A stretch of DNA of 64,000 nt, from positions 1,636-65,635 of the forward strand of contig JAJZXF010000003.1 of NCBI GenBank assembly GCA_021802485.1, written 5' to 3'. Below, piece after piece: positions 37,633-46,579 of this stretch. The position numbers and the translations under genes were made by a program. Numbering within the stretch: the first letter of the stretch is position 1; every line of letters begins with the position of its first letter. This stretch comes from Actinomycetes bacterium. GTDB taxonomy: Bacteria; Actinomycetota; Acidimicrobiia; Acidimicrobiales; JAJZXF01. Below the pieces are notes generated by a model. That model saw nothing but the letters and a program-made list of their open reading frames with translations, did not search any database and had not been told where the DNA came from.

Positions 37633-39805
37633 ACCCAGCCGACGGGGACCACGACAGACATTTGCGGTCGAGTGACTCCTCCGCCGTTGCGCTGCCGATT
37701 AGTTCATCGAGCTCCGAATCCTGCGTGCCGACAAGGACTTGGAGCTGTGGCGCTAGCCGAGAAAGGATTCCTACGAGTGCCTGCTTGTGCTCGGTATCAA
37801 GATTCTGACTGGGATCATCGAGTATCACAAAGCCAATGTTGTGCTGGAGTTGCGTTGCAAGAGCCAGGTATACGCTCAGCGCAACGCAGTTCATTTGGGC
37901 CGTGGACAAGCGTGAACTCGCAAGCGTCTGACGATTGTCGGTGGATGCGTGCGTGCGGATGAAGTAGTTATTTCGCTCGATTCCTGAAAGGCGCTGGCTT
38001 TCTACAGAGATTTCGATGTCATCGAAATAAGGGTGGTTGCATAGCTCCTTGTACAGCCTTGCGATATCCACCTGCGCGTTCTCTACGGCATCCCCTGCTC
38101 TCGTGCTTGCTTCTGCGGTGACGATATCAGCAATCGTTCTGATGCCATTTTCCAATCTGCTCAGTGACTCGATCTGTTGCTCTGCAACCGAGGAGTCCTC
38201 GTCGCCCTTTCCGAGACGTGATGAAGCCTCCTGATAGTTGGCGTCAAGTTCAAGAAATCGCGCAATCTCCCGGAGCCGTCCCATCAGCGATTGGATTGCT
38301 TCGATCTCCTCTTCTCGCTTGCTCCGCTCCGTATCCACAGTGGAAGCCTGCTGAAAGAGCTTTTCCTTTTGCCTGTCAAGCGCATCGATCAGGTGGTCGT
38401 CGGCTACGTTAGTCGTCAACAACGCACGGGCTTCCGTGCGAGCGTTCGTCATTTCCTCGCCGTATTGCTGGCGTTCCTTGAGCAAACGGCCTCGCTTCGT
38501 GATCGCAGCATCCAGGTCACCGATCCGTCGCTGTTGCTCCATCTCTGACTTATGAGCGGCTGCTATCTCCGTACGAAGGTCGCCACTGAGATGCCCTTCT
38601 AGCCGAGCGATCAACGCATCCCTTTCGATCTCCTGTCCACAGGCCGGGCAGTTGCTCTCACCAACTGATGCTTGAAGGTACGTCAAGGTGTCTTGAACGA
38701 TCCGCTCAGAGATGCCGAGCTTTTCCTGAGCTTCCCGGAACTGCTGGACCGCCGCTTCGGCAGTCGCCTTCTGCTCGTCAAGCGTGTCGAGGTTACCGAA
38801 CCCTTGCTGTAGCTCCGCCACGCTCTTGTCAACGCCATCGAGAAGCGCAGCGACTCTGCGGAGCGTCGTGCGTGCTCCGTCCACGGCGGCAGTCTGCTTT
38901 GACGTGTTGGCTGCGATGGCAGCATTCGTCGCCGTCTGTCGGATGACTTTGATTGCCTCAGTGACTCGACGGTTGAAGCTATCGACCCCATCGGCATCGT
39001 CGGGTTCGGACTGATCTTTGATCGGGGCGACGATCGACGCCGCAAGCGTTTCGAGACAGTCGATCACCTGACGTGCGAGTTGTGCAACGGCGGAAAACGT
39101 GAGGTCTGCTTCTGACAGCCCCTTCTTCTTGGCGTCATCCAAGGCACGTTGCCGATGTGCTTCGACCTGTTCGACGGCACCAGTCAATCGATCGACAGCG
39201 GTTCTCTTGCTCTTCTCCAGCTTGTCGAGAGCGTCACGAACGGGCTTCGCGGAACCGGACAGCGCCTTGAGCATGTCTCGCAGCTTCTCGACCCCGAAAA
39301 GTCGGTCCAGCGCCTCGTTGCAAACCCGCGGATCTTCAGTCAGGAGTCCACGGATGCTTTCTTGATGCAGATACACCGCACGGGCACGGTAAAAGTCGTC
39401 AAAGGTCAACCCGAGCAAACGAAACAGGGCAGCGTTGGCTTCGGTCCCGACGTACTCTTCGCCGTTCGGGAGCTGTACGGTGGCCCCCGCAGCTCGCTTT
39501 CCCGCCTTCTTGGATCGCGTGATTGATGCAATGCCGTCGTCGCTCTCGAGGTCAATCCTGACAGTGGCCGACTGCGCTCTGTGGCGGATGTTGACAAGCT
39601 CGTCATTGGTTGTGTTCTCTTTGGGTTGGTATTGCAACTCACCAAAGAGTGCCCATTCAATCGCACCCAGGATGGAAGTCTTGCCCGATCCATTTGGTGC
39701 GGAGAGCACGGTTGTTTGCCGGTAGAAGTCGATCTCAATCGGGTCACAGATACCCCGGAATCCTTCTGCTTTCAGCCTGACGTGTCGGAGCTTCTGTGCG
39801 CTCAT
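37607..39805 (-). CDS. Rad50/SMC-like ABC ATPase with central CxxC (zinc-hook-like)
   Basis: 732-aa ORF. Walker A: SAPNGSGKTS (aa 35-44, nt 39674-39703). Q-loop-like: YLHQES. A charged helical region spans about aa 170-590. CPAC lies at aa 386-389 (nt 38639-38650), the midpoint of the protein. Signature-like LSTAQMNCVAL, Walker B FVILDDP, D-loop SQNLD. Confidence 0.85.
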   Translation of the reverse strand: MSAQKLRHVRLKAEGFRGICDPIEIDFYRQTTVLSAPNGSGKTSILGAIEWALFGELQYQPKENTTNDELVNIRHRAQSATVRIDLESDDGIASITRSKKAGKRAAGATVQLPNGEEYVGTEANAALFRLLGLTFDDFYRARAVYLHQESIRGLLTEDPRVCNEALDRLFGVEKLRDMLKALSGSAKPVRDALDKLEKSKRTAVDRLTGAVEQVEAHRQRALDDAKKKGLSEADLTFSAVAQLARQVIDCLETLAASIVAPIKDQSEPDDADGVDSFNRRVTEAIKVIRQTATNAAIAANTSKQTAAVDGARTTLRRVAALLDGVDKSVAELQQGFGNLDTLDEQKATAEAAVQQFREAQEKLGISERIVQDTLTYLQASVGESNCPACGQEIERDALIARLEGHLSGDLRTEIAAAHKSEMEQQRRIGDLDAAITKRGRLLKERQQYGEEMTNARTEARALLTTNVADDHLIDALDRQKEKLFQQASTVDTERSKREEEIEAIQSLMGRLREIARFLELDANYQEASSRLGKGDEDSSVAEQQIESLSRLENGIRTIADIVTAEASTRAGDAVENAQVDIARLYKELCNHPYFDDIEISVESQRLSGIERNNYFIRTHASTDNRQTLASSRLSTAQMNCVALSVYLALATQLQHNIGFVILDDPSQNLDTEHKQALVGILSRLAPQLQVLVGTQDSELDELIGSATAEESLDRKCLSWSPSAGCAVVAEDG

Positions 39806-39888
39806 CGTGTCGTCGTTCTCTTGCGAGCAGCGGCCTTCTTTGCAGGTACCTTTTTCTTCGGGGCAGCGCTTTTCGTAACCGACCGGAC

Positions 39889-40086
39889 CTATCTCAGGTC
39901 TTTCTCCACAGCGAGCCTCGATTGCCGCACTCGTTCCACAATTACGCCCTTGACAGCACTCGGGCCGCCATCGTCGAACGCCGCCCGGATGTCGGCCCAG
40001 AGGATGCGAGTGTCCCCGTCCGGCAATGCCTTGCTGATCTTGGCGTCAACGTCATCGAAGATCGAGCCAGCGGACAGCTCAGACAT
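39889..40086 (-). CDS. Small hypothetical protein, first gene of the ATPase-nuclease operon (ends at an in-frame TAG)
   Basis: 65 codons from the ATG at 40086 (MSELSAGSIFDDVDAKISKALPDGDTRILWADIRAAFDD...). The TAG at 39889-39891 is followed in frame by 28 sense codons (VRSVTKSAAPKKKVPAKKAAARKRTTTR). These end in a TGA that overlaps the ATPase ATG (ATGA, 39802-39805). Confidence 0.45.
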   Translation of the reverse strand: MSELSAGSIFDDVDAKISKALPDGDTRILWADIRAAFDDGGPSAVKGVIVERVRQSRLAVEKDLR

Positions 40087-40150
40087 CGGAAGAGCACCCA
40101 GCTCGGTGATCCCGAAGCGCAGCGAACGTCCAGGTTGACATAGGGTAATA

Positions 40151-40179
40151 ATATTACACGGGTGTTCCGACACCGGCAA
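40151..40179 (-). promoter_or_regulatory. Sigma-70-like promoter TTGCCG-17-TAATAT with overlapping palindrome
   Basis: Minus strand: TTGCCG (40179-40174), a 17-nt spacer, then TAATAT (40156-40151). The -10 lies inside the perfect palindrome GTAATA-A-TATTAC (40145-40157). This AT-rich patch is about 60 nt upstream of the small ORF. Confidence 0.5.
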
Positions 40180-40196
40180 CGGTGCTACGCTCCGGC

Positions 40197-40707
40197 TCAC
40201 GGCCGGGGAAGCGCTGTCAAGCCGTACGAGCCACTGCCGACCACCACCACCACCACGTGATCGACCACAACGAGCCCGTATCGGCTGCACGCAGCAGCGA
40301 GGGGGCGGGAGGGTGCGATCCTCCGGTTCCGTAGCGTTCGGAGTGCCCCAGCGGCGGGAGCGGACAGAGACGAAGCCGGTGGCCCGGCGCGCCTGGGATC
40401 CATGGAGGATCGGGCGTGTCGAGGGGCGAGGTGCTTGGACCCAGCCGGCAGCGACGATGGCCGTGCCGACCAGGCGATGCCGATCGTCCAGGTAGGGCGT
40501 CGGCGTGATGTCCTCACAGCGATGGCGGCGCAGGTCTCCGGCGAGCTGCGCAGCCGCTGCAGGGCCGTCGATCCTACGAGGAAGGTCCAGCTTTGCGTCG
40601 GCCACAGCGTCCCGGTGGCAAACGACCCGTCGTCGGCGGGCAAGCGTCCGGATGAGGTGAAAGGTTGTCGGGACCATCGTGGTGCCCTCCAGTGAGAGTG
40701 GATTCAT
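40197..40707 (-). pseudogene. RadC/JAB-like protein gene, frameshifted
   Basis: N-terminal part is in the frame of ORF 39889..40755 (YLDDRHRLVGTAIVAAGWVQAPRPSTRPILHGSQARRATGFVSVRSRRWGTPNATEPEDRTL). The C-terminal part is in the frame of ORF 40197..40643 (PLAAACSRYGLVVVDHVVV...GSGSYGLTA). The switch falls near the C/G runs at 40295-40315. The JAMM HxH position reads RSRRWG. Confidence 0.5.
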
Positions 40708-40929
40708 GGAGGTGACCCACTGGCCACGGACAAAGCGGAGCGCCCGAAGGGGCACTCGGGCGCCTGAGCACGTCTTAAGGCCGCAGCCCTCACGGACGGG
40801 GTGCTACGTGTTCAGGAGTGAAGCCGCTTTGATCTGTTTGGGCGGCTACGAGGCCGGCGTGCCTCGCACCACGCAGGTGTTGACCGTTGCCGGGATAGGG
40901 CGCTACACTGTGTACACAAAGGAGACACA

Positions 40930-41187
40930 ATGGCCAAGGTGAAGAGTATCGGCGTCCGTGAGTTCCGCAACAACGCCAGCACGTACCTCTCCGGCTCGGA
41001 GACGATCGCCGTCAACCGGCACGGCAAGGTGATCGGGTTCTACATCCCGCTCGAACGGGACGAGGACGAGGTCCGGCGTGCTGTGGCCCAACTCGGCGCT
41101 GCTGTCGGCCAGGTTCTGGAAGAGACCGGTATGACCGAAGAGGAGCTGGCACGGGCGTTCGACCTACGACGGCCCATGCCTAAATGA
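40930..41187 (+). CDS. Type II antitoxin (Phd/YefM-like N-terminus)
   Basis: 85-aa ORF with AAGGAGA upstream. Sequence: IGVREFRNNASTYLSGSETIAVNRHGKVIGFYIP. Has an ATGA overlap with the downstream PIN gene. Confidence 0.85.
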   Translation: MAKVKSIGVREFRNNASTYLSGSETIAVNRHGKVIGFYIPLERDEDEVRRAVAQLGAAVGQVLEETGMTEEELARAFDLRRPMPK

Positions 41188-41618
41188 TCATCGTTGCAGA
41201 CGCCAGCGTCCTCGTTGGCGAGTTACTTCGTGACCGTGGGCGCAACCTCATCCTGCACCCGCAGGTGCAGCTCGTGGTCGCCGAGCACCAATGGAGCGAG
41301 GTCGAGCATGAACTGGAGCGGCGTCTGTCCATCATGGAGTCCAGGGGCCGTATCTCCGCTGAGCGACGTAGCGTCCTCGAAGGGGCAGTTCAACACCTCG
41401 TCGATGTCCAGGGCATCGAACTCATCCCTCGAACGGCCTATGAGCAGTTTGAGGAGGCAGCTCGGCGTCGGGTTCCACGAGACCCCAACGACTGGGCACC
41501 GGTGGCCCTCGCCATGGCCCTCGACGCTGGCATCCTGACCGGGGACAACGACTTCCTCGGCTGCGGCTGTCCGACCTGGACGGTCGAGACGCTTCGAGCG
41601 GAGCTGGGGAAGTCATGA
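41184..41618 (+). CDS. PIN-domain toxin (VapC-like)
   Basis: 144-aa ORF with N-terminal MIIVADASVL (first acidic residue) and C-terminal PNDWAPVALAMALDAGILTGDNDF. Confidence 0.85.
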   Translation: MIIVADASVLVGELLRDRGRNLILHPQVQLVVAEHQWSEVEHELERRLSIMESRGRISAERRSVLEGAVQHLVDVQGIELIPRTAYEQFEEAARRRVPRDPNDWAPVALAMALDAGILTGDNDFLGCGCPTWTVETLRAELGKS

Positions 41619-42209
41619 GCGATGGACGTATAGACCCGGACACCGCCGACTTGCTGTCTGCACGTTATCCCATGACCGCCCCGAAGGCAGATTCCGGGGC
41701 TCGAAAAAAATGCCCCGCAGATGAGCCCGAAGGTCGGGTCCATCCCATGAACGCTCTGGCGATCGGGCCGCGCGTCACTCTTGGCCAGAAGCCGTCGGGA
41801 GTACATTAGCCCAGTTCAAATGGCAAATCAGGGCCACACGGGACCACTGTGGATAACCCGCCAGATGAGCCCTCAATTTCCACCCCGCGGGGACGTGGGG
41901 CCAAGCGGGAGCCGAGCCTCTATCTCCTGGGCGAAGGCCATGGAAAGGGCCAAGAACTTGGATGCGCAGCACTCAAGAACCCGCTGGCGCACAGAGGGTG
42001 GAACGTGCCTACAGCTCGCTGCGGAACAGGAGAGATGCGTGTCGAGGACACCTAACATAGCAGCCGGGTCCACCGCTGACATTCGGCCCTGCAAAGGGTT
42101 GAATCCCCTGCAAGCGCTGGGCTTTCGACTTCAGACGTGATCAACGAAAATCCCATCCGTGCACGGCACGAGGACTTTCTGTCAGCTGAGGTGGAGGGGG
42201 AAATAACCT

Positions 42210-42450
42210 GTGGCGTTCCTTTTCTCCTACATCGCGTCCGTCCGGATGCTCCAGCTCTTTGGCCAGCTACGCAAGAAGAACACGGATCTCGTGATCGAGA
42301 TCCTCATGCTCCGCCACAAGCTTTGTGCGCTGCAGCGCCAAGTACCGCGCCCGTGACTTCGGGCATCGGACATGTGTAGTTGGGAAGCCCAACAAACTCC
42401 CTCGCAGGAAGCTTGTAATCGAAACTCCGGTCCGCCAATGACGGTAGTAG
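42210..42450 (+). mobile_element. Decayed N-terminal fragment of an integrase-core (IS481/IS3-like) transposase
   Basis: Reading from 42210: VAFLFSYIASVRMLQLFGQLRKKNTDLVIEILMLRHKLCALQRQVPRP, then a stop at 42354. This matches the characteristic D[VL]EIL.LRH[QK]L..L.RQ..RP N-terminus of actinobacterial rve transposases. A shifted frame continues with KLPRRKLVIETPVRQ. No catalytic domain follows. Confidence 0.5.
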
Positions 42451-42588
42451 CCCACCTCTTGGTGTTCAGCGAAGTCCGGCGTAACAGAGGCCCGATGCGG
42501 GGCCGCGCCTCAAGCCCTCACGGGCTGAAGGCCGCAAAGATCTTATCTTGGAAGAACCGACAGTTCGGCCTTCCGGGGCCGAGAGAAG

Positions 42589-43458
42589 TCACACGGCAAT
42601 CCCGACGGCAAGCAACACCGCAAAAACCAGCGCAAGTACTCCCCCCCCGCCTAGGACCCCCACGAGATCGAGCCCCGATACGCCCCGTAGGACCTTCAGG
42701 ACGAGCGACACCGCAAGAGGCAGAGCAATCAACGCCACTGCTGCCCACGGCCTCACCCATGCCACCGGGCCAACGAGCGCAAATGGTGCAAGCACCACGA
42801 AAGCGTAAGAAACCCTCGTCGCCCGCGGCCCCATCCTGACCGCAAGCGTCTTCTTGCCAGCAAGCGCGTCCCCTTCGATGTCGCGCAGGTTGTTCGCCAC
42901 CAGCAGCCCAACTGCCAACAGCCCAACAGGGACCGCGGCGGCTACTGCGAGAGCCGTCAGCTTAAGCGTCTGCACGTAAGCGGTGCCGATCACCGCCACC
43001 AGCCCGAAGAAAACGAACACGAACACCTCTCCCCAGCCTGCGTACCCGTACGGGCGCGGGCCGCCAGTGTAGAGCCACCCCGCGGCGATACACGCTGCCC
43101 CAAGCACAATGAGTTGAGGGCCCACCGCAGCCGCAAGAGCGAGGCCTGCAATCCCTGCGACCGCGAAGCTCACGCCAGCGGCTGCAAGCACTGCCTTGGG
43201 CCGGGCAGCACCGGAAGCCACAAGACGCTGGGGGCCAACGCGCTCAGCATCCGCTCCGCGGACCCCGTCAGAATAGTCATTTGCGTAGTTCGTCGCTACC
43301 TGCAGAGCCCCGGCAACCACGAGGCAAGCGCCCGCCCGCCACCAGATCACCCCGCCCGAGACGCTAGCGACCGCGGTCCCGACGAGCACAGGCGACACCG
43401 CTGCAGGCAGCGTACGCGGCCTAGCCCCCCGGACCCACGCTCCAAACCCTGCGCCCAC
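42589..43458 (-). CDS. menA: 1,4-dihydroxy-2-naphthoate polyprenyltransferase
   Basis: ORF 42589..43527. Preferred GTG at 43458, downstream of the menB stop. UbiA-family motif NYANDYSDGVRGAD, multiple TM segments, men context. Confidence 0.85.
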   Translation of the reverse strand: MGAGFGAWVRGARPRTLPAAVSPVLVGTAVASVSGGVIWWRAGACLVVAGALQVATNYANDYSDGVRGADAERVGPQRLVASGAARPKAVLAAAGVSFAVAGIAGLALAAAVGPQLIVLGAACIAAGWLYTGGPRPYGYAGWGEVFVFVFFGLVAVIGTAYVQTLKLTALAVAAAVPVGLLAVGLLVANNLRDIEGDALAGKKTLAVRMGPRATRVSYAFVVLAPFALVGPVAWVRPWAAVALIALPLAVSLVLKVLRGVSGLDLVGVLGGGGVLALVFAVLLAVGIAV

Positions 43459-43471
43459 CGGCGAACTCCGA

Positions 43472-44410
43472 CTACGGGCGCCGCGGAAAACGGCCAAACT
43501 CAGGCTGGCGGCGCTCAAGAAAGGCATTCCGGCCCTCCTGGCCCTCCTCTGTCATGTAGAACAGCATCGTTGCGTCGCCTGCGAGTTGTTGTATTCCTGC
43601 CAGCCCGTCATCTGCGGCATTAAATGCTCCCTTCAGCATCCGGAGCGCGATCGGCGACATCGCTAGCATCTCCCGGCACCACCCGACGGTCTCTTCCTCC
43701 AGGCGCTCCAGGGGAACAACGGTGTTCACAAGACCCATCTCCAGAGCCTGCACCGCGCCGTACTGGCGGCATAGGAACCAGATCTCCTTCGCCCGTTTCA
43801 ACCCGATCGTGCGCGCCAGCAGCCCAGCTCCGTACCCGCCGTCGAAGCTACCGACCTTGGGCCCGGTCTGGCCGAAAATCGCGTTCTCCGCGGCTATCGT
43901 GATGTCACACACGAGATGAAGTACGTGGCCGCCACCGATCGCGTACCCGGCCACCATCGCAACCACGGGCTTTGGGAGGCGGCGGATCTGTACCTGGAGA
44001 TCCAGCACGTTCAGCCGCCCCACCCCCCTGCGGGCCAAGTCATCATCGCCAAGGTAACCGTCGCTCCCCCTGATCCGCTGGTCTCCCCCCGAGCAGAACG
44101 CTTGGGGTCCTTCGCCGGTGAGCACGATTACGCCGACCTCCGGATCATCTCTAGCGATGTCGAACGCTTTCGAAAGCTCCGACAGCGTCTGTGGTCTGAA
44201 GGCGTTGCGCACCTCGGGACGGCATATCGTGATCTTCGCTATTCCACCAGGTTCCTCGGGCCCGCGAAGCACTTCGAAGCGGATGTCCTCATAGGTTGCC
44301 TGCGGGCAATAGTCTTTCCACACGATTTCGGGACTGCTCACGTACTGCAGGCTATCGTCGCGGGCAACATTGGCCAAGAAATGCTGCAAGAGGGCCTGCA
44401 TCGTCGACAT
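43472..44410 (-). CDS. menB: 1,4-dihydroxy-2-naphthoyl-CoA synthase
   Basis: ORF 43472..44542, start ATG at 44410 (MSTMQALL). Crotonase fold with [11 protein letters not shown] and FDGGYGAG, typical of MenB. Confidence 0.95.
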   Translation of the reverse strand: MSTMQALLQHFLANVARDDSLQYVSSPEIVWKDYCPQATYEDIRFEVLRGPEEPGGIAKITICRPEVRNAFRPQTLSELSKAFDIARDDPEVGVIVLTGEGPQAFCSGGDQRIRGSDGYLGDDDLARRGVGRLNVLDLQVQIRRLPKPVVAMVAGYAIGGGHVLHLVCDITIAAENAIFGQTGPKVGSFDGGYGAGLLARTIGLKRAKEIWFLCRQYGAVQALEMGLVNTVVPLERLEEETVGWCREMLAMSPIALRMLKGAFNAADDGLAGIQQLAGDATMLFYMTEEGQEGRNAFLERRQPEFGRFPRRP

Positions 44411-44487
44411 GGTCCAGTCCTGTGCCAAGAACCCAGAGCGACCTCGCGCAACATTGCGCGCCGTTGCGCGCCTATGCTGGCTCGGAT

Positions 44488-45621
44488 ATGGCTTCCCTGG
44501 TTGCCCTCCACATCCCCGGAGGGCCGCGCTTCGTTGAGGCACTGCGGGCTACATGGGAGGCCGGGGACGCAGTCCTTCCCCTTGACGTCCGCCTACCGGA
44601 CGACGCGATCAAGGAGATCGTTGCCCACGCGCGGCCTTGCGCAATCATCACTGCCTCGGGTGATCGCCACCTTCTTCCCGGAGCGCTTCCAGTTGAGGAC
44701 GGCGACGCCCTGGTCGTCTCGACCAGCGGAACTACTGGCACACCGAAGGCCGCAATACTGACGCATCAAGCCGTTCGTGCCTCTGCTGAAGCCTCGAACG
44801 CCAGGCTTCAAGTGGAGCCGGATCGCGGTGACCGCTGGCTCGCCTGCCTGCCACTTGCCCATATCGGGGGACTCTCGGTGGTGACACGTGCGCTCATAAC
44901 TGGTATACCGCTGGTGGTCCATGACGGCTTCAACGCTGAAGCTGTGACAAAAGAGGCGGCAAACGGACCCACGCTCGTCTCCCTCGTCGCCACTGCTCTG
45001 CACAAACTCGACCCCGGCGTGTTCCGGAAACTCCTCCTCGGAGGCTCTGCTCCGCCCGAGAAAGTTCCAGCAAACGCGGTGGTCACCTACGGCATGACCG
45101 AGACCGGCAGCGGCATCGTCTACGATGGCGTCCCGCTCGACGGAGTACAGGTGGCGCTGAACGACCAAGGCGAGATCCGTGTAAAGGGCCCGATGCTGCT
45201 CCGTGCCTACCGCGAAGGCAACGATCCTCACGGCAGCGACCCGAAAAGCCCGGACGGATGGTTCTATACCGGCGACGCAGGATGGCTTGACGAAACCGGA
45301 CACCTGCACGTGCGGGGCCGCGTCGCTGAAGTGATCGTAACCGGTGGGGAGAAGGTCTGGCCACTGACCGTAGAACGGGTCCTGTCAACGCACCCTGCTA
45401 TAGCAGACACCACCGTGGCTGGGGTCGCAGACCCCGTGTGGGGCGAGCGCGTAGTCGCTTACGTCGTACAGTCGGGTGACGAGGCACCAGACCACGACGA
45501 ACTCAGGTCGCTTGTGGCACAGAAGGTCGCGCCATGGGCTGCCCCGAAGGAGATTGTGGTCGTGGATGCACTGCCGAGAACCCCAATGGGCAAGATCGCA
45601 AAGGATCAGTTAGGCCGCTGA
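44488..45621 (+). CDS. menE: o-succinylbenzoate--CoA ligase
   Basis: ORF 44296..45621, start ATG at 44488 (MASLVALH), divergent from menB with a 77-nt gap. AMP-binding motif [12 protein letters not shown] and C-terminal PRTPMGKI. Confidence 0.85.
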   Translation: MASLVALHIPGGPRFVEALRATWEAGDAVLPLDVRLPDDAIKEIVAHARPCAIITASGDRHLLPGALPVEDGDALVVSTSGTTGTPKAAILTHQAVRASAEASNARLQVEPDRGDRWLACLPLAHIGGLSVVTRALITGIPLVVHDGFNAEAVTKEAANGPTLVSLVATALHKLDPGVFRKLLLGGSAPPEKVPANAVVTYGMTETGSGIVYDGVPLDGVQVALNDQGEIRVKGPMLLRAYREGNDPHGSDPKSPDGWFYTGDAGWLDETGHLHVRGRVAEVIVTGGEKVWPLTVERVLSTHPAIADTTVAGVADPVWGERVVAYVVQSGDEAPDHDELRSLVAQKVAPWAAPKEIVVVDALPRTPMGKIAKDQLGR

Positions 45622-45662
45622 TCTGGCGGGTTGACTCAACGCTTGCTGCGCGTGTGACCTAT

Positions 45663-46427
45663 TCAGCCGCTGAGCTGGTGGGAGCCAACCAGAGTGCCCC
45701 CATCTACAACCAGCGTATGGCCGGTGATCCACGAAGCCGCGTCCGATGCGAGGAAGACTACCGCTTTCGCAATGTCTTCTGGCTCGCCAAGCCGGCCAAG
45801 CGGTATGTGGGATGCGATGAACTCCTCGGCTCCCTCCCAGAGCGCTCTTGCGAAGTCCGTCTTCACGACTCCAGGGGCAATTGCGTTCACGCGAACCGTG
45901 GGGGCTAGTTCCGCTGCAAGGTGGCGCGTCATATGTATGACAGCTGCCTTCGTAATGTTGTAGTAGCCGAGACCAGGCTCCACCGACATCCCCCCTATGG
46001 AAGCCATGTTGATCACCGCGCCGCCGCTGTCGCTCATCCCCATCCGCCACACCTCCTGCACCCACAGCAGAACCCCGAGCTGGTTCACGCGAGCCGTTTT
46101 CTCCGCTCGCGCAACGTCGAGATCGACCAGTGGCCCCATGTACGGGTTGGTCGCAGCGTTGTTCACCAACACGTCGATCGACCCCAAGCGCTCCACGCAT
46201 GCCTCAACGCAGCGCTGTATCGCATCGGGATCACCCGCGTTCGCTGCGAAGTACTCAACCTTTCGGTCGATCTCAGCTGCAGCACGCTGGAGCGCATCGG
46301 CTTTGCGCGACGAAATCATCACCCGCGCACCCGCATCGGCGAGAGCCCGAGCAGCAGCAAACCCGATGCCACGTGAGCCTCCGGTCACCAGTGCAACCTT
46401 TCCATCCAAAGAGATCCTCATCACCAA
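45663..46427 (-). CDS. SDR-family oxidoreductase (FabG-like)
   Basis: 254-aa ORF with TGGSRGIG, NNAA and YNITKAA (YxxxK). Confidence 0.9.
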   Translation of the reverse strand: MVMRISLDGKVALVTGGSRGIGFAAARALADAGARVMISSRKADALQRAAAEIDRKVEYFAANAGDPDAIQRCVEACVERLGSIDVLVNNAATNPYMGPLVDLDVARAEKTARVNQLGVLLWVQEVWRMGMSDSGGAVINMASIGGMSVEPGLGYYNITKAAVIHMTRHLAAELAPTVRVNAIAPGVVKTDFARALWEGAEEFIASHIPLGRLGEPEDIAKAVVFLASDAASWITGHTLVVDGGTLVGSHQLSG

Positions 46428-46579
46428 AGCTTAGGTGCTCGAGTCGCACCAGAGCCCAGCCGATAACAGACCGTTTCAGCAACACTCAAAGCTCGCGAAC
46501 AACCCCGCACGGAGAGGGTTACCAACTGTTCCCCAAGGGATCAGCAACCAGCGGCGAACATACGTGCTACTATTGAAGA

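Noticed and set aside
40135-40157. Plus-strand TTGACA at 40135-40140 as a promoter for the VapBC-like pair
   Set aside because: No -10 element lies at a workable 16-18 nt spacing on the plus strand, and the TA genes start 790 nt away. The minus-strand TTGCCG-17-TAATAT reading fits better.
39889-40755. 288-aa ORF read as one protein
   Set aside because: It is a chimera. The first part is RadC-like, whose true C-terminus continues in another frame. The middle is read-through of a promoter/palindrome region. The last 65 codons are an independent small gene with its own ATG.
42563-42580. Hairpin TCGGCC-TTCCGG-GGCCGA just downstream of menA as an intrinsic terminator
   Set aside because: The stem is only 6 bp and no U-tract follows on the transcribed (minus) strand.
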